NCBI GenBank assembly: GCA_951406725.2
Contig: OX597819.1
Span: 88,970,001-89,034,000 of the forward strand
Length of the DNA: 64,000 bases
Direction of reading: 5' to 3'
From: Octopus vulgaris
Taxonomy: Eukaryota
Shown: positions 62,601 through 64,000 of the stretch, one piece after another
Layout of the letters: each line of letters opens with the position of its first letter
Position numbering within the stretch: the stretch's first letter is position 1
Position numbers and translations under genes: made by a program
Notes under the pieces: generated by a model
Databases searched by the model: none
Told to the model about the DNA's origin: nothing
What the model saw: only the letters and a program-made list of their open reading frames with translations

Positions 62601-63084
62601 AAATTAGGACCATATTATCTATCAAACATATCCTAAGATGCAGTTAAGGCATGATCTGAAGCAGATCAAGTCAGGCTACCACCAAAGTAGGTTAAGTGAC
62701 TACAAAAAGGGCCCCTAAGTAGAGATCACTTTTAGGAGAAGAATTTATTTGTTTATGTTCCATGTTTGGGCCTTACATAAACTGCTTCCAGTTTTGCTAT
62801 TGCAAAGTTTTTAACAGATGGGTAATCTTTGTGACGCCAAACTTTCTGGTGATGAAAGTTCTCCTCAACACCATTATCATCACCATCATCCTCATTTCGA
62901 TGCAGGTGAAGAAGAATGTTTTAGTCTTTTTTTTTTTTTTCAACTGATAAAAGAGAGATTAGATAGATGCTCACAGCATCTGGTTTGATAAATTATAACT
63001 CGGATTTCTTTGAGTCACATATCTATATAATTCAAATAAATACCATGTGGTTGAGAGGCAAACTTCTTATGCACGGCAATGCCT

Positions 63085-63348
63085 ATATATATATTGATAG
63101 AAATGGTAAGACAACAAAAGAATGAAAGAGACCTCGATATTATGTAAATAGAGGAATTTATCAGTAAATGTAATATGTGACAATTATTCAGTAGCCATAA
63201 TAAATCCCTGACACCCGAAACTCAGAGTTTTATCATGGCTACCGAATAATTGTCACACATTACATTTACAGATAAATTCCTCTATTTACATAATACCAAT
63301 GTCTCTTTCATTCTTTTGTTGTCTTACCATTTTTATCAATATATATAT
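63085..63348. repeat. Near-perfect hairpin element (about 120-bp arms, about 23-nt loop) flanked by (TA)n
   Basis: ATTGATAGAAATGGTAAGACAACAAAAGAATGAAAGAGAC.. is the reverse complement of ..GTCTCTTTCATTCTTTTGTTGTCTTACCATTTTTATCAAT. Confidence 0.92.
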
Positions 63349-63423
63349 GTGTGTATATATATATGTATGTGTGTATATATTTATGTATGTGTATATATTT
63401 ATATATATATATATATATATATA

Positions 63424-64000
63424 GGGTCATCACATAAGTAATGCAGCTTTTTCAATTGCATGAACCAAAAGTCGGATAAACTAGCTGCATCAACCTGCTA
63501 TAAAAGCAGGTAGTAATTTTACCATGTCCTTATTCTTAGTGCAAGTTTTGAAGAGTGCAGTGCAATTTTAACAGTTATTTTTCAAAGCTATAATGGAAGT
63601 GACAAAGGAGTATATTCAGCATATTTTGCTTTATGAGTTCAATAGAGGCAGCAATGCAACAGAAAGTACAAGGAATATTAATGCAGTATATGGAGATCTG
63701 ACAATAAGCAGTTCCAGAAAATCCGACCTGGAAACTACAGCCTAGAAGACGAGCCTTGTCCTGGAAGATCTGTGGAGCTCAATGAGGACTTCCTGCAAAC
63801 CCTGGTGGAACAAAATCCCATTGTAACTGTTGAGAAACTAGCAGAAAAGCTTGGATTTGGTCATTCAACTAGTCATTCAAGTCAGCACCAGAAGAAAAAT
63901 GACCATCTTTGGTTTCAAGACAAAAGATGTTCTATCAGGATAATGCTCAGCCACATACAGCAAGGATGACATACCAAAGGCTGAAGCAGTTTGAATGGGA
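63424..64000 (+). mobile_element. Mariner (Mos1/Hsmar-like) element, internally deleted transposase pseudogene, running off the window
   Basis: Inserted in (TA)n. ATG at 63593 gives MEVTKEYIQHILLYEFNRGSNATESTRNINAVYGD, then GNYSLEDEPCPGR..LQTLVEQNPIVTVEKLAEKLGFGHST, jumping to FYQDNAQPHTARMT (cf. HDNARPH). Confidence 0.92.

Overview
AT-rich, microsatellite-dense eukaryotic DNA that is mostly transposon-derived. The SINE families resemble those I recall from Octopus (a coleoid cephalopod); this is an inference, not a database result. Almost all listed ORFs are spurious read-through of SINEs and microsatellites. The only convincing host coding sequence is a 135-nt phase 1-1 exon on the minus strand (43798-43932). 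It encodes an 8-cysteine LDL-receptor class A module with the CxC...CTCIP signature of the first LDLa repeat of LRP4, so the window probably lies within two very large LRP4 introns. Other content: many tRNA-derived SINEs with swappable tails; mariner-, piggyBac-, hAT- and Merlin-like MITEs (often nested); a decayed hAT (GTF2IRD2/SPIN-type) transposase; a deleted mariner; CR1/Jockey-like LINE remnants; a 5'-truncated 5S rRNA copy; and two Penelope-type minimal hammerhead ribozyme motifs. There are also several long inverted repeats and a CpG-retaining, purine-skewed promoter-like island at about 20-24 kb. Repeat boundaries were read by eye and are approximate unless a TSD or TIR is quoted.
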